64,000 nucleotides of DNA from the human T2T-CHM13v2.0 reference genome, Homo sapiens. Shown here one piece after another: positions 40,896-55,650 of this stretch. The translations under genes and the position numbers were made by a program. The number at the start of each line of letters is the position of its first letter. The first letter of the stretch is position 1. The stretch is from assembly GCF_009914755.1 (NCBI RefSeq), contig NC_060926.1; one strand, 5' to 3'. The notes under the pieces were generated by a model that saw only the letters and a program-made list of their open reading frames with translations, did not search any database and was not told the origin of the DNA.

Positions 40896-43800
40896 TAGCT
40901 GGGATTACAGGCATGTGCCGCCACGCCTGGCTAATTTTATATTTTTAGTAGAGACGGGGTTTCTCCATGTTGGTCAGGCTGGTCTCGAACTCCCAACCTC
41001 AGGTGATCTGCCCACCTTTGCCTCCCAAAGTGCTGGGATTAACGGTGTGAGCCACCGCGCCCAGCCTTCATCTGTTCCTATTCTTATTGGCCATTTGTGT
41101 GTCTACTTTTGTAAAATGTTTACATTTTTGTCCATTAAAAAAAGTGGGTTATCTTATTGAATTGTGGTATTTAAAAAAATCTGTCCTGAATACAACTCGT
41201 TTGTCTGTTATACTTCCTTCCAGTCTGGTTTGTCTTTCATTTTCTTAATGATGTCTTTTGAAGAGCAAAAGGTTTAAATTTATCATTTTTTTCTTACATT
41301 TCATGCTTTTATGTATCCTATTTAAGAAACCTTTGCCTCCCTGGAGGTCGTAGCGAGTCAAGGTGGTGCCACTGCACTCCAGCCTGGGCGACAGAGCGAG
41401 ATTCCGTCTTAAGAAATAATAATAATTAAAAAAAAGAAACTTTTGCCTCCCTAATTGCAGAGATTTTCTGTGGTCTTTTCTCCTAGAAGTTTTATAGGTT
41501 TTATATTTAGGTCTGTGACTCATTTAGAGTTAATTTCTGTGAATGTTTTATGGTAAGGGTCAATGTTGACTTTTTTTTCTATTTATATACCCAGTTGTTG
41601 GAAAGAGTTTTCTTTCCCTACTGAATTGCCTTGGCATCTTTGTCAAACTTCACTTGGACATGTATATGTGTAGGTCTGTTTCTGGACTCTCCTTATTCTG
41701 TTCTACTGATGTTTATTTAGACTCTTGAAATCAGTAAGTCCTCTAACTTTAGTGTTCTTTTTCAAAATTGTTTTGGTTATTCTCAGTTCTTTGCGTTTTT
41801 ATAAGAAGTATAGAATTGGGTTGCCAATATCTATTAAAAGAAGCTTGCTGAGTATTGATTGGTATTATATTGAATCTATAGATTCCGTTGGGGAAAATTG
41901 CTATTTTAACAATATTGAGTTTTCTGATTTATGAACATGCTATATTTTCCCCTTTAAGTCTTCTTAATTACTCTCAGCAATGTGTTGTAGTTTCATTGTT
42001 TTTAAAAGTCTGGAACGTCTTTTGTTAGGTTTGTTCCCAGGTATATTATGTTTTACTGATGTAATTGTAAATGGTATTATTTTTATAATGTCATTTTCTA
42101 GTTGATTGTTGCTAGTATATAAGTATTCAGTTGACTTTGTATGTTATCCTTGTATCCTGACACTTTATAAATTAATTTATTAGTTCTAGTAATTGTTTTG
42201 TAGATTCCTTGGGATTTATTTTGTAAACAATCATATAATCTGCAAGTAGGGACAGTTTTGCTTTTTTCCTTTTGATCTTGTTTTAAACCTATTGCAATGG
42301 CATTCAGCAGTGAAACTACATGGGCCTGTAGTTTTCACTGTGGGAAGGATTTCATAAATTCAGTTTATTTAATAGATATAGGGCTACTTAGATTTCCAGT
42401 TTCTTCTTGTGTCAGTTTTGGTAAGTAGTATTTTTAAAGAAATTTGTTCATTGTAATTTTTCCATTGATTAGCATAAAGTTATTCAAAGTATATTATTAC
42501 TTAATGTCTACATAATCTGCGGTAACCCCTTTTTCATTTGTGATATTGGCTATTTGTAGTGTCTTTTTTTGTAGATCAGTCTAAGTCTAGCTACAGGGTT
42601 GTCAATTTTGTGATCATTTCAAAGAACCACATTTCCCCTATTGTCTGTTTTCTAGTTCATGGGTTTCTCCTCTTACCTTACCTTTTCTTTGGTTTACTTT
42701 GCTTTTCCTTTTAAGGTATCTTAAGATGAAATCTTAAGTCATTGATTTTAGATCGTTTCTAGTATAAGCATTTAAAGCTTTAAGTTTCTAAGTATTGCTT
42801 TAGTTGCATCCTACAAATGTTGATATGCATATTTTTGTTGTTTTTCAGTGCAAAATATTTTCAAATTTCATTTGTGATTTCATTTTGGACCTATGAATTA
42901 TTTAGAAGTAGATTATTTAATTTGCAGATATTTGGATTTTTTGTGTTTTTTGTTTTTAGATATCTTCCTATTATTGACTCCTAAGTTGATACCAATGTGG
43001 TCAGAGAATACACTGTGTAATTCTCATCCTTTTAATAAAAGTTAAAGTTGATGGCCCAGCGTAAGATCTAGCTTAATGAATGCATAATGTGCACTTGAAA
43101 AGAATATATATCCTGCAGTTGTTAGATGTAGTGTTGTGTAAATGTTAACTAGAGCAAGGTGGCTAATAGTGCAGTTCAGATCATTTATGTCTTTTACTGA
43201 ATTTTTATCTAGTTCTATCAGTTGCTGAAAGGGGGAGGTCTTAAATTTTCTGCTAAGATTGTGGAATTGTCTATTTTTCCCTTTAATTTTGTCAGTTTTC
43301 GCTTTGTGTATTTTGAGGCTCTATTATTAGGCACATACAGTGGGTAATTATGCCTTCCCAATGATTTGACACTTTTGTCATTATGAAGTGTCTCTTTTTA
43401 TCTCTGGCAGTACTCTTTGTCTTGAAGTCTGTTTTATCTGATATTAAAATAGTCATTCCAGCCTTATGTTTGCTGATTGTATGATACAATTTTTTCATCT
43501 GTTTATTTTCAATCTATAGATGTCTTTATATTTTAGAGTGTGCTTCTTGTAGGTAGCATGTAGTAGGGTATCACTTTTTATTTTACTCTGTCATTTGCTG
43601 ACTTTTAACTGGAGTGTTTAGACTGTAAACATTTAAATTAATTATTGATATGGTTGGATAGGTCTGCCCTTTTATTTTTTGTTCTCTGTTTATCCATTGT
43701 TTTTTGTTCCTGTGTTTCTTCTTTTGGATTATTTGAATGCTTAGTGTCTGCCCCTACTCTTGTTTTTTTAAGAGACAGTGTCTTGCTCTGTTGCCCAGGC

Positions 43801-44523
43801 TGGAGTTGGTGGCACATTCATTGCTTGCTGGGCTGAAGTGATCCTCCCACCTCAGCCTCCCAAGTAGCTGAGATTACAGAGGTGTGAGCCATCTACCCCG
43901 GCCTGTTTACCATTTCTGTTGCTCTTTCTTCATTCTTAAAAATCCAAGTTTCTCTCTGGTATTATTTTTCTTCAGCTGGAATCATTTGTTTTAGCATTTC
44001 ATATGGAGCAGGTCTGCTTACAATGAATTCTCTTAGTTTTATTTCTTAGGATATTTTCACTGAATATAGAATTCTGAGTTGACAAATTTTTTCTCTCAAA
44101 ATTTTAAAGATATTTCTTTTTCCTTTTCTTTTTTCTTTTTAGAGACAGGGTCTCACTCTGTTGCCAAGGCTGAAGCGCAGTGGTGCGGTCATAGCTCACT
44201 GAAGCCTCAAATTCCTCAGCTCAAGGGATCCTCTCACTTTAGCCTCCCAAGTAGCTGGGACTATAGTTGCATGGCACCACACCTGGATAATTGCTTTAAA
44301 ATTTTTTTATTTTTATTTTTGTGGGTACATAGTAAGGATATATATTTATGTGGTACATGAGATGTTTTGATACAGGCATACAATGTGAAATCACATCATG
44401 GGGAATGGGATATCCATCCCCTCAAGCATTTATCCTTTGTGTTATAGACAATCCAATTACACTCTTTTAGTTATTTAAAAATGTACAATTAAGTTCTTAA
44501 AATTATTATTATTATTATTTTGA

Positions 44524-44676
<153 letters not shown>

Positions 44677-45418
44677 TAGTAGAGATGGGGTTTCACCATG
44701 TTGGCCAGGATGGTCTTGATCTCTTGCCCTTGTGATCTGCCCACCTCGGCCTCCCAAAGTGTCGGGATTACAGGCGCGAGTCACCGCGCCCAGCCTTAAA
44801 ATTATTTTTTGTAGAGACAAGGTCTTGCTATGTTGCCCAGGCTGGTCTTGAACTCATGGGCTCAGTCCCCCTGCCTTGGCCTCCCAAAGTACTGGGATTA
44901 CAAATGTGAGCCATTACACTGGTTCGATTTTAAAGATACTGTACTGCCTTGTGGCATTCTTGGTTTCTGTTGAGAAACCCATGGTCATTTAAATCATTTC
45001 CTGTAATGTAATATGTCACTTTTCTGAAGCTTTCTAGTTTAAAACAAAATCTTTGGCTTTGAATAGTTTCTTATTTATTTAAACAATTTTTTTGAGACAG
45101 AGCCTAACTCCCGTTGCCCAGGCTGGAATGCAGTGGCGCAACCTCTGCTCACTGCAGCCTCATCCTCCTGGGCTCAGGTGATTCTCCCACTTCAGCCTGC
45201 TGAGTAGCTGGGACTACAGGTGCACACCACCACACCTGGCTAATTTTTTGTATTTTTAATAGAGGTAGGATTTTGCCATGTTGCCCAGGCTGTTCTTGAA
45301 TTCCTGGGCTCAAGGGATCTGCCTGCCTCAGCCTCCTAAAGTGCTGGGATTACAGGCTTGAGCCATTGCACCCAGCTTAGTTTTTTTATTTATTTATTTA
45401 TTTTTATTTTTTTTTTGA

Positions 45419-45580
<162 letters not shown>

Positions 45581-45752
45581 TAGTAGAGGTGGGGTTTCAC
45601 AATATTGGCCAGGCTGGTCTCCAACTCCTGACCTCAAGTGATCTGCCTGCCTTGGCCTCCCAAAGTGCTGGGATTACAGGTGTGAGCCACCATGCCTGGC
45701 CTAGTTTATTTTTTATTGAGTTAAAGTATACCCATATAATTTACCATGTTTA

Positions 45753-45785
<33 letters not shown>

Positions 45786-46011
45786 TTTGAGACAGAGTTT
45801 CGCTCTTGTTGCCCAGGCTGGAGTGCAAATGGCGCGATCTTGGCTCACCACAACCTCTGCCTCCCAGGTGCAAGCGATTCTTCTGCTTCAGCCTACTGAG
45901 TAGCTGGGATTATAGGCATGTGCCACCATGCCCAGCTAATTTTGTATTTTTAGTAGTGACGGGGTTTCTCCATGTTGGTCAAGCTGGTCGTGAACTCCTG
46001 ACCTCAGGTGA

Positions 46012-46143
<132 letters not shown>

Positions 46144-46278
46144 TAGTTTCGTTAAGATGTGTCTTGGTTGGGTACCGTGGCTCATGCCTGTAATCCCAGC
46201 AGTTTGGGAGGCTGAGGTAGGAAGATTGCTTGAGCCCAGGAGTTTGATACCAGCCTGGACAACAAAGTGAGACCCTGT

Positions 46279-46282
<4 letters not shown>

Positions 46283-46333
<51 letters not shown>
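46283..46333 (+). repeat. (AC)~25 microsatellite in the mid A-rich linker of an Alu
   Basis: Direct inspection. Confidence 0.97.
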
Positions 46334-46337
<4 letters not shown>

Positions 46338-46863
46338 AATGAGCTGGGTACCGTGGCACACACTTGTGGTCTCAGCTACTCAGGAGGCTGAGGTGGGAGG
46401 ATTGTTTAAGCCTGGGAGGTGGAGGCTGTGCTTGAGCCACTACACTCCAGCCTGAGTGACAGAGTGAGACCTTGTCTCAAAAAAAAAAAAAAAAAAAAAG
46501 TGCTTTGGACCAGCCTGGGCAACATAGCAAGACCCTGTCTCTATGAAAAAACACAAAAATTTAGTGGGTATGATGGTGTGCACCTGTGGTTCCAGCTACT
46601 CGGGTATGGTGAGGTGAGAGGATCACTTGAGCCAGAGAGGTCCAAGCTGCAGTGAGCCATGTGCCACTGCACTCTGGCCTGGAGAACAGAACAAGACTGT
46701 GTTTCAAAACAAAACAAAAAGATGTATCTTGGTATGTTTTTCTTTGAGTTATCCTATTTGGTGTTTGTTGAGCTCCTTGAATCTGTAAATTTATATCTGA
46801 CCAAACGTGGGGGATTTTCCACCTTTTTTTTTTCAAATGTATTTTTCTGCCTTAGTATCTTTC

Positions 46864-48253
46864 TTTCTTTCTTTTTTTTTTTTTCCATTTAACCCTGAGT
46901 TGACACAGCACATGTTTCAGAGAGCACAGGGTTGGGGGTAAGGTTATAGATCAACAGCATCCCAAGGCAGAAGAATTTTTCTTAGTACAGAACAAAATGG
47001 AGTCTCCTATGTCTACTTCTTTCTACACAGACACAGTAACAATCTGATCTCTCTTTCTTTTCTCCACATTTCCCCCTTTTCTTTTCGACAAAACCGCCAT
47101 CATCATCATGGCCCATTCTCAATGGTCACTGTCTCTTCGGAGCTGTTGGGTACACCTGCAGAAAGGCTGTCACTTCACACTTGGAAGATTGCACAGCGGC
47201 CAGTCAGAGGTGCTCCTCACTTCCCAGACAGGGTGGCGGCCGGGCAGAGGCGCTCCTCACATCCCAGATGGGGCGGCCAGGCAGAGGCACTCCTCACCTC
47301 CCGGACAGGGCGGCCGGGCAGAGGCGCTCCTCACATCCCAGACGGGGTGGTGGCCGGGCAGAGGCACTCCTCAGTTCGCAGACGGGGTGGCAGCCGGGCA
47401 GAGGCGCTCCTCACCTCCTAAACGGGGTGGCGGCCGGGCGGAGGCGCTCCTCACCTCCCAGAAGGGGTGGCGGCCGGGCAGAGACGCTCCTCACCTCCCA
47501 GACGGGGTGGCGGCTGGGCAGAGACGCTCCTCACCTCCCAGACGGGGTGGCGGCCGGGCAGAGGTGCTCCTCACCTCCCAGACAGGGCGGCCGGGCAGAG
47601 GCGCTCCTCACTTCCCAGACAGGGCGGCCGGGCAGAGGCGCTGGTCACATCCCAGATGATGGGCGGCCAGGCAGAGACGCTCCTCACTTCCTAGACGGGG
47701 TGGCGGCCGGGCAGAGGCGCTCCTCACTTCCCAGACGGGGCGGCCGGGCAGAGGGTCTCCTCCCATCCCAGATGATGGGCAGCCAGGCAGAGACGCTCCT
47801 CACTTCCTAGATGGGGTGGCGGCCGGGCAGAGGCTGTAGTCTTAGCACTTTGGGAGGCCAAGGCAGGCGGCTGGGAGGTGGAGGTTGTAGCGAGCCGAGA
47901 TCACGCCACTGCACTCCAGCCTGGGCAACATTGAGCATTGAGTGAGCAAGACTCCGTCTGCAATCCCAGCACCTCGGGAGGCGGAGGCGAGCAGATCACT
48001 CGAGGTCAGGAGCTGGAGACCAGCCTGGTCAACACGGCGAAACCCCGTCTCCACCAAAAATACAAAAACCAGTCAGGCGTGGCGGCGCGTGCCTGCAATC
48101 CCAGGCATTGGGCAGGCCCAGGCAGGAGAATCAGGGGAGCCCGAGGTAGGGAGGTTGTAGCTAGGTGAGATCACGGCAGTATGGTCCAGCCTTGGCAACA
48201 GAGGGAGACCGAAGAAGGGAGAGGGAGGAGAGCGGGGAGAGGGAGAGCGAGAG
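46864..48253 (-). mobile_element. Older SVA (SVA_A-like), 3'-truncated within SINE-R
   Basis: Poly(T) joins SINE-R at ccatttaaccctgagt; simpler VNTR; degenerate hexamer tract at ~48215-48253. TSD ctgc[c/a]ttagtatctttc at 46847-46863 and 48254-48270 (1 mismatch). Confidence 0.9.
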
Positions 48254-48333
48254 CTGCATTAGTATCTTTCGCCTCTCCCTCTGGGATTACAACTACACTT
48301 AAGTTAAAACGTTTGGTATTAGGGTTTTGTTGA

Positions 48334-48594
<261 letters not shown>

Positions 48595-51155
48595 TAGTAG
48601 AGACGGGGTTTCACTATGCTGATCAGGCTGGTCTCGAACTCCTGACCTTGTGATCCGCCTGCCTCGGCCTCCCAAAGTGCTGGATTACAGGCGTGAGCCA
48701 CTGTGCCCGGTGGAGACTGGGTCATTTCTATTGAACGGTCTTCAAGTTCACAGACTCTTTCCTCTGTCATCTCCATTCTATTACTGAACCTATCTGATGA
48801 GTTTTTATTTCAGATGTTGTATTTTTCAGTTCTAAGATTTCATTTGGTTCTTTTTTATGGTTTCTTTTTCTGCTGATGATTCCCACCTTTTCCTTCATTT
48901 CTTGTGTGTTTTCTTTATAAGAAAGTATTTCTTTTTTGTTGACAGTATTTGATAGTCCCAAAATCTGGATCACCTTGTGGCTGGCATGTTTTGGTCATTT
49001 GTTCCTTTGAAAATTGCTCACATTTTCCTGGTTCTTTATGTGTTGCATAATTTTGGAATTTATCCTCATCATTGTGAATACTTTTTGTGTAGATTTTGGG
49101 TCCTATTATAATTCTTCTGGGGAATGTTGCCGTTTCTGTTTTAGCAGGCCACCCTGCTTCAGGTTCAGGCCAAAACTTCTGTCTTGCTTTTGGAGGCATT
49201 TGTTAAAATCTCGGTTCTGTTCTTTATGTCTTTGCTATGTTGATTTGAGCTGTCCCAAACATGAATAGCTTAGGGGCTGGTCTGAGACTTCTGCAGGTGT
49301 TTCCAATCTTATTTCAGTTCTCCAAGCTTTTGCTGCTTTGGTTTGGGTCACATTAGAGTTCAAATCTCATTTTGGTTTTCAAAGTCTTTGCTAGGCTGGT
49401 ACGTATGGGTATATGCCACACATTCATGGCTAAGGTTAAGTTGTGACTTATTTGGATTCATACATTGAATTAAGAGATTCTTTTTTTTGCCTGTTTTCTC
49501 TCTAGCATTCCTCCCACCCCCAGTCCCCCAACTCTGGTCCACAGGGACCTTTTTTCCTGATTTACCTGGTAAGAAAGAAGGGAGTTTCTAGAATTAAAGC
49601 TGCCTATGCTGCTCTGCAAGTGGGGTTCATCCTCATTGCAAATTCTTACTTGAGGGAAAAAGACAGAATTGGAAAACTCACCCCATTTGGGGCACTTCTC
49701 CCAACTTTGACTCCCCTGCATAATTTACTTGTTTTTGTTTGTTTTACAGAGTCCAGTGAGCAGGAGGGGTGGGCCTTAGTGGGCTTAGCTGCCCCTCCAG
49801 AGCCAGGACTTCTGTGTATTAAATTTGTGTTATTGGACCTCATGTGTGGAGAGCCGAAACTCATTCTTCCCTATTTGTAACATACTGACATAACCAGTCT
49901 CTGTTATGTTTACTCATCCCCATTTCCATCCCCTCCCTCCTAGAGGAAACTGTATAAACAAGTGTGATGTTTGCACTTAAATATTTATGACTCCTTTAAA
50001 AAATAAGCTTTAAAATAAGCTGCTTTATGTGTGGATTTGTTTTTAGCTTGCTGAACTGACATTGTGCTAGAGATACTGTTTTGTTTCTTTTTTCATTCAA
50101 CAATATACTTTTTAGTTATGGTCGTGTCTCTATGTGTAGAATTAGTTTATTGCTTCTAACAGCAGCACAGTATTCCATAGTAGGCATCTATCACATTTTG
50201 CAAGGATGGTCACTGTGTTACTTCCAACTCCCTGATGTCATAAGCAAACCTCTCTATGTGTAATTCTTATTAGCTCTACATCTAAAGTGTTACCTTGAAT
50301 CTGCCAATTCAAGTTAACTTTTTTCCTTTTGTTTACTCTTTCTCCCATGGGCTGTCTCCATAGAGCAGCCAGAAGGATCTTTCTGAACCATAAATCTAAA
50401 GTAGGCCTCACAGGTATTTAGCTGGAAAAGGGAGGTTCTAGGAGTCCATTGACCACTCTTGGAGAACTGCTGCTCTGCTGCATCTTGAGCCACCTAGAAG
50501 AATGTCTGATGCTTTGTAGTTACAGAGTAATGTTTTTTAGCTGTCATACTGACTGGTCTTAGATTTTGGAATCTGGATTCAGCTGTATACCAGAAATCTC
50601 TGGCCAGGTTAATTCATGCAAGATAGCATCCATCCTTTAGCTGTGGAAGCTAAGTATCATGTTGCCTAAATAAGATAGGGCATCAGGTTTTAGGGAGAAT
50701 GCTGAGGCAGAAGGAAGATGAGTCAGATTAGGGCCCACAGACTATTCCTTTCCCTTAGAGATACCCTTTAGTTGCCATCCCTCTGTCAGAGAAAGAGAGA
50801 GGCTGGGACATACCAGGTTACAAATCCAGGGAGTCTTCTGAAGGGTCATAGAACACCTTTATTGCTTCACCTACTTTCTTTTATTAGATGAATCTAGGAA
50901 GGAATGTCTACTTGGGCTGCAAAGTGATCATTTATGTGTACTGCTTACTCTTATTACAATGAAGTGTGATAATAATTGTACATGTTGTGTTAGATCAACT
51001 ATTGTTATTGTTAGGTGATTACAACTTACATTCTGTTTTTATAGCAGGCTTCTTAGTTTTCTGCAGAGGTAACCAACTTGGTTATAATGTAAAAGAATGT
51101 ATAGAAATTTTGCTCCAGACCTTCCTTTGTGGTATATATTTTTATGTTGTATTAG

Positions 51156-51343
51156 TAGCAGGACCCAGTGCTCCATAAAGGATAATAGTTTCCAGTACAC
51201 TATCCCTCATGATGACTCCTTAAGTGGTTCATCGTCTGCATCTTCGTGTGAACCAGTGAGTGATTTTCCAGCATCTTTCCGAAAATCTACCTACTGGATG
51301 AAGATGAGAAGAATCAAGCCAGCTGCTACTTCTCATGTCGAAG
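51156..51343 (+). CDS. ZNF512: ZNF512 exon 3 ([10 protein letters not shown]...ATSHVE-)
   Basis: attag| acceptor (tandem TAG-TAG-CAG), GAAG|gtatca donor, phase-compatible. Confidence 0.9.
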
Positions 51344-52671
51344 GTATCAATATCAGTGTCTTATTCTGAAGACGGGCCACTTCCTAAAGTTATAGTTTGA
51401 GATTGTTATAAATACCTCTTAAAAGTATTAAATGGCGGCTGAGCGTGGTGGCTCACGCCTGTAATCCCAGCACTTTGGGAGGTCGAGGCGGGCGGATCAC
51501 AAGGTCAGGAGATCGAGACCATCCTGGCTAACATGGTGAAACCCCGTCTCTACTAAAAATACAAAAAATTAGCGGGGCCTGGTGGTGGGCGCCTGTAGTC
51601 CCAGCTACTCAGGAGGCTGAGGCAGGAGAATGGCATGAACCTGGGAGGCAGAGGTTGCACTGAGCAGAGATCGCACCATTGCACTGTAGCCTGGGCGAAA
51701 GAGCGAGACTCCGTCTCAAAAAAAAAAAAAAAAGAGTATGAAATGCCACATATTTGTTTCTCATTAGTGATTTAAAAAAATTTAAGGTGTTAGGCAATTG
51801 CATCCTGTCCCATTAGCTTCATGAACTGCTATGTGATAGAGTGAAATTCTGCTAATCTTACTCCTCTAGATTATATTTAGCATTTGATTTTCCTCTTTGT
51901 AGTATTTGAATTCCCCTTTTCTTCTTCTTTTTTTTTTGAGACGGAGTTTCACTCTTCTTGCCCAGACTAGAGTGCAATGACTCGAGCTCAGGCTCACCGC
52001 ACCCTCCTTCTCCTGGGTTCAAGCGATTCTCCTGCCTCAGCTTGTAATGCCAGCTGAGTAGCTGGGATTACAGGCATGTGCCACCACACCTGGCTAATTT
52101 TGTATTTTTAGCAGAGACGGGGTTTCTCCATGTTGGTCAGGCTGATCTTGAACTCCTGACCTCAGGTAATCCGCCCACTTTGGCCAAAGTCTGTAATCTC
52201 AAAGTGCTGGGATTACAGATGTGAGTCACCATGGCTGGCCCCCCTTTTCTTCTAGTGTGATCCTCTGTTGATGATTTAGGGGCTGGTGTAAGGATTATTC
52301 AGGGGAGAATATTCTGGATCGTCACAATCTCAAGGGTCCTTGGTGGCTAGCCCTCTATCTTGAGCAATTCTTATCCTCTTGTTAGCCTCAAGTCAAGATT
52401 AAGCAAAACACATTGCTTGAATGCCCTTATTATTCATAAGGAACAATGGATGATTTGGAATAGATAACAATATAAAAAGAAAGGGAGAGTGGGTCAGTTA
52501 ATGAGAAGTTACACCAACTTCTCTAAAAATGTCACAGACATTTCTCTGAGGCCTGTGTTCACTGATGATCTTTCCTTTTGATGGTCTTGTGAATGATGTT
52601 TTGAAGACAGGCCTAGATGTTCATTTACAAAGTGTGCTGAGTTTTTGTTTTGTTTTTGTATGGTACTTCAG

Positions 52672-52767
52672 GGTCAGGTGGAGTATCAGCCAAGGGGAAA
52701 AGGAAACCCAGGCAGGAAGAAGATGAAGACTATCGAGAATTTCCTCAGAAGAAGCATAAGCTTTATG
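52672..52767 (+). CDS. ZNF512: ZNF512 exon 4 ([32 protein letters not shown])
   Basis: cttcag| acceptor, TATG|gtaagg donor, 96 nt; basic NLS-like content. Confidence 0.9.
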
Positions 52768-53058
52768 GTAAGGCAGTAACTTTGCTACTTCTTTTTCCTT
52801 GGGTGACTGAGCTTTATTCTTTGAGGGTAAAGGAAAGAGAAGCCTTAGTTTGAGCCCTTCAGTGACCTCTGAGCCCTTTGAATTGTTTGGGAGGGAATGG
52901 CCTCCATCCTGCCTCATTATACCCTTTCATTCTGTCCTGACTTAGGCAGTCAGTCGGTTGAGGGACTGGGAAATAGGGTGTTGAAGAGGAGGAGAGGGAA
53001 GAGATTTTGGTATTAGCAAGGGTGACATGCTGGGCTTCAAGTTTCTGTCTTATGTCAG

Positions 53059-53142
53059 GGAGGAAGCAACGGCCTAAAACTCAGCCCAATCCCAAATCCC
53101 AGGCCCGTCGTATTCGGAAGGAACCACCAGTTTATGCAGCAG
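53059..53142 (+). CDS. ZNF512: ZNF512 exon 5 ([28 protein letters not shown])
   Basis: tgtcag| acceptor, GCAG|gtatgt donor, 84 nt. Confidence 0.9.
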
Positions 53143-53259
53143 GTATGTTTTCTTTTGGAAGTTTTGAGGGATGTAGTTCTCACACTCTGATTTGTTGTTG
53201 GTGTTGTCTGTGAAGGAATGAGGTACTAAAGCATTTCTTTAAGGAGGCAGTTACTAAGG

Positions 53260-54240
53260 GCTCTAGTTTGGAGTCAGACAGACCTTTGCTCAAGTTTTGG
53301 CTCTTCATTAACTTTGTGACCTGCCTCAATTTATTTAACTTCCTCTTGCCTCAGTTTCCCTGTCTATGAATAGGGGTAATAAAGGCAGTTAGAATTATTT
53401 TGAAAATTAAATGGATAAAAACATTTAGCATAGTCTCAGGCACATAAGAATCACTCAGCAGACAGGCTGTGACGTTTCTCAGTATCCTATTGTTACATCC
53501 TGTGGTGAAAAATGTTGCTGCCTAATTCTTGAAGCAACTGGGCTTTGGAGCCGTTCTCAGGTGGTTTTTATCATGGCGAAATGAGTAGGAGTTTTCAGAA
53601 ACTCTTCACTGTCTAAAAAATACTACTTTTAGAAGTTATACCCAGCAAGAGCCTCTTCATCGCAGTCTACCAGGAAAAGGAAAAACCATTTTATGATACT
53701 TTTCCTAAATCGTGGGATTATGCTTTTTGTTTCTGGAGAATACTGCAGATTACAAAGTGTTTCTTTCTCTCCTTTGTAGGCAGTTTGGAGGAGCAATGGT
53801 ACTTAGAAATCGTTGATAAAGGCAGTGTCTCCTGCCCTACCTGCCAGGCAGTGGGGAGGAAGACCATAGAGGGTTTAAAGAAACACATGGAAAACTGCAA
53901 GCAGGTTAGATATTTTGGCGTTTCATAACTGTTACGATATTTTTACCCAAACTTTAGACTTCTTTTGCTATGTTGGATATGCTGGTTATAATGGATGAAA
54001 AGCAGCATTGTATAATAAAGGAAACATAGGCTTTGGATCTGACAGAGTTAGGTTTGAATCTTCTCTTAGCCACATACTAGTGTGGCATTTAGCTTTTTAT
54101 ATGTAGACCTCAGTTTCATTTGTAAAATAGAGAAAAAATAATAAATACAAAATAATAAAAACCTTATGTAGTCCATGAGAGGATAAGAAAGAAGTAACGC
54201 AGGGCTAAATGCCTAGCCCATTACTTGGCAAATATTTGGT
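53260..54240. mobile_element. MIR fragments flanking ZNF512 exon 6 (~53260-53460, ~54000-54240)
   Basis: MIR core motifs gcctcagtttccctgtctatgaa...gataaaaacatttagcatagt and cctcagtttcatttgtaaaatag. Confidence 0.6.
53780..53904 (+). CDS. ZNF512: ZNF512 exon 6 (atypical CxxC...HxxxC finger: [25 protein letters not shown])
   Basis: cctttgtag| acceptor, CAG|gttaga donor, 125 nt. Confidence 0.9.
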
Positions 54241-54444
54241 TAATGGTAATTCTTATTATTTTAAAAGTGAATTGCCTTTATTTTGCCCTTGAAGACATGA
54301 CACTGAGTTTCTGGGATTTTGAGATTTATTGACTATTGAGCTTGAGAAATAAAGGAGACATAGATGAAAGCATTTGAGTCGGACTTCATGACATTCTGTT
54401 TCTCTGTGGAACAACCTAGCACTGAGCAGTATTTTTCCTTCTAG

Positions 54445-54531
54445 GAAATGTTTACTTGTCATCATTGTGGGAAACAACTTCGTTCACTGGCAGGGATGAA
54501 GTATCATGTCATGGCAAATCATAATAGTTTG
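54445..54531 (+). CDS. ZNF512: ZNF512 exon 7 (C2H2 finger [24 protein letters not shown])
   Basis: ttctag| acceptor, TTG|gtaaga donor, 87 nt. Confidence 0.93.
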
Positions 54532-54756
54532 GTAAGAGTGTCTTCTGTCTTTTGTGAGTGTTTGGATGTCTTTTTTTTTTTGAGATGGAGTCTCACTCTG
54601 TTGCCCAGGCTGGAGTGCAGTGGCACGATCTCGGCTTACTGCAACCTCCACCTCCTGGTTCAAGCGATTCTCGTGTCTCAGCCCCTTGAGTGGTTAGGAC
54701 TACAGGCGTGCGCCACCACGCCTGGCTAATTTTTTTTGTTTTGTTTTGTTTTTTGA

Positions 54757-54915
<159 letters not shown>

Positions 54916-54999
54916 TAGTAGAGATGGCAGTTTCTCCATGTTGGTCAGGCTGGTCTCGATCTCCCAACCTCAGGTGATCTTCCCGTCTTGGCCTCCTAA

Positions 55000-55191
<192 letters not shown>

Positions 55192-55551
55192 TGAGTGTAG
55201 ATATCTCAGTGCAGATGGCTTTGGGATTTTATAAGGGTGTTAGCAAGAAGACCGTTTTGATAAAAGAGTTATGCACAATGAAACCTTTGCAGTGAATCCA
55301 TAAATATTTGTGTGTTTAGGTTAGCTCCAAAGGTTCATATCTTGGGAGTCAGAGGCTCAGAACTCTTATTTCCATTATATTCACTTCCTTTGTCCAGGAG
55401 AAGATGGAGAACACCAGGAGTCAGAAAACTTGGGCTTCATTGGCACCAGCTTAGCTGCCAGTCCAATCCTTGATTCTCCTCTGATATTTTTTTTCCCTGT
55501 GTCTTATCTTTTCCATGAATCATCTTCTTGTTTACTTCTCTTGATTTCTAG

Positions 55552-55650
55552 CCCATTTTGAAAGCCGGAGATGAAATAGATGAGCCAAGTGAGAGGGAAA
55601 GGCTCCGAACAGTTCTAAAGAGACTGGGAAAGCTCAGGTGCATGCGTGAG
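55552..55650 (+). CDS. ZNF512: ZNF512 exon 8 ([33 protein letters not shown])
   Basis: tttctag| acceptor, GAG|gtaagg donor, 99 nt. Confidence 0.9.
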
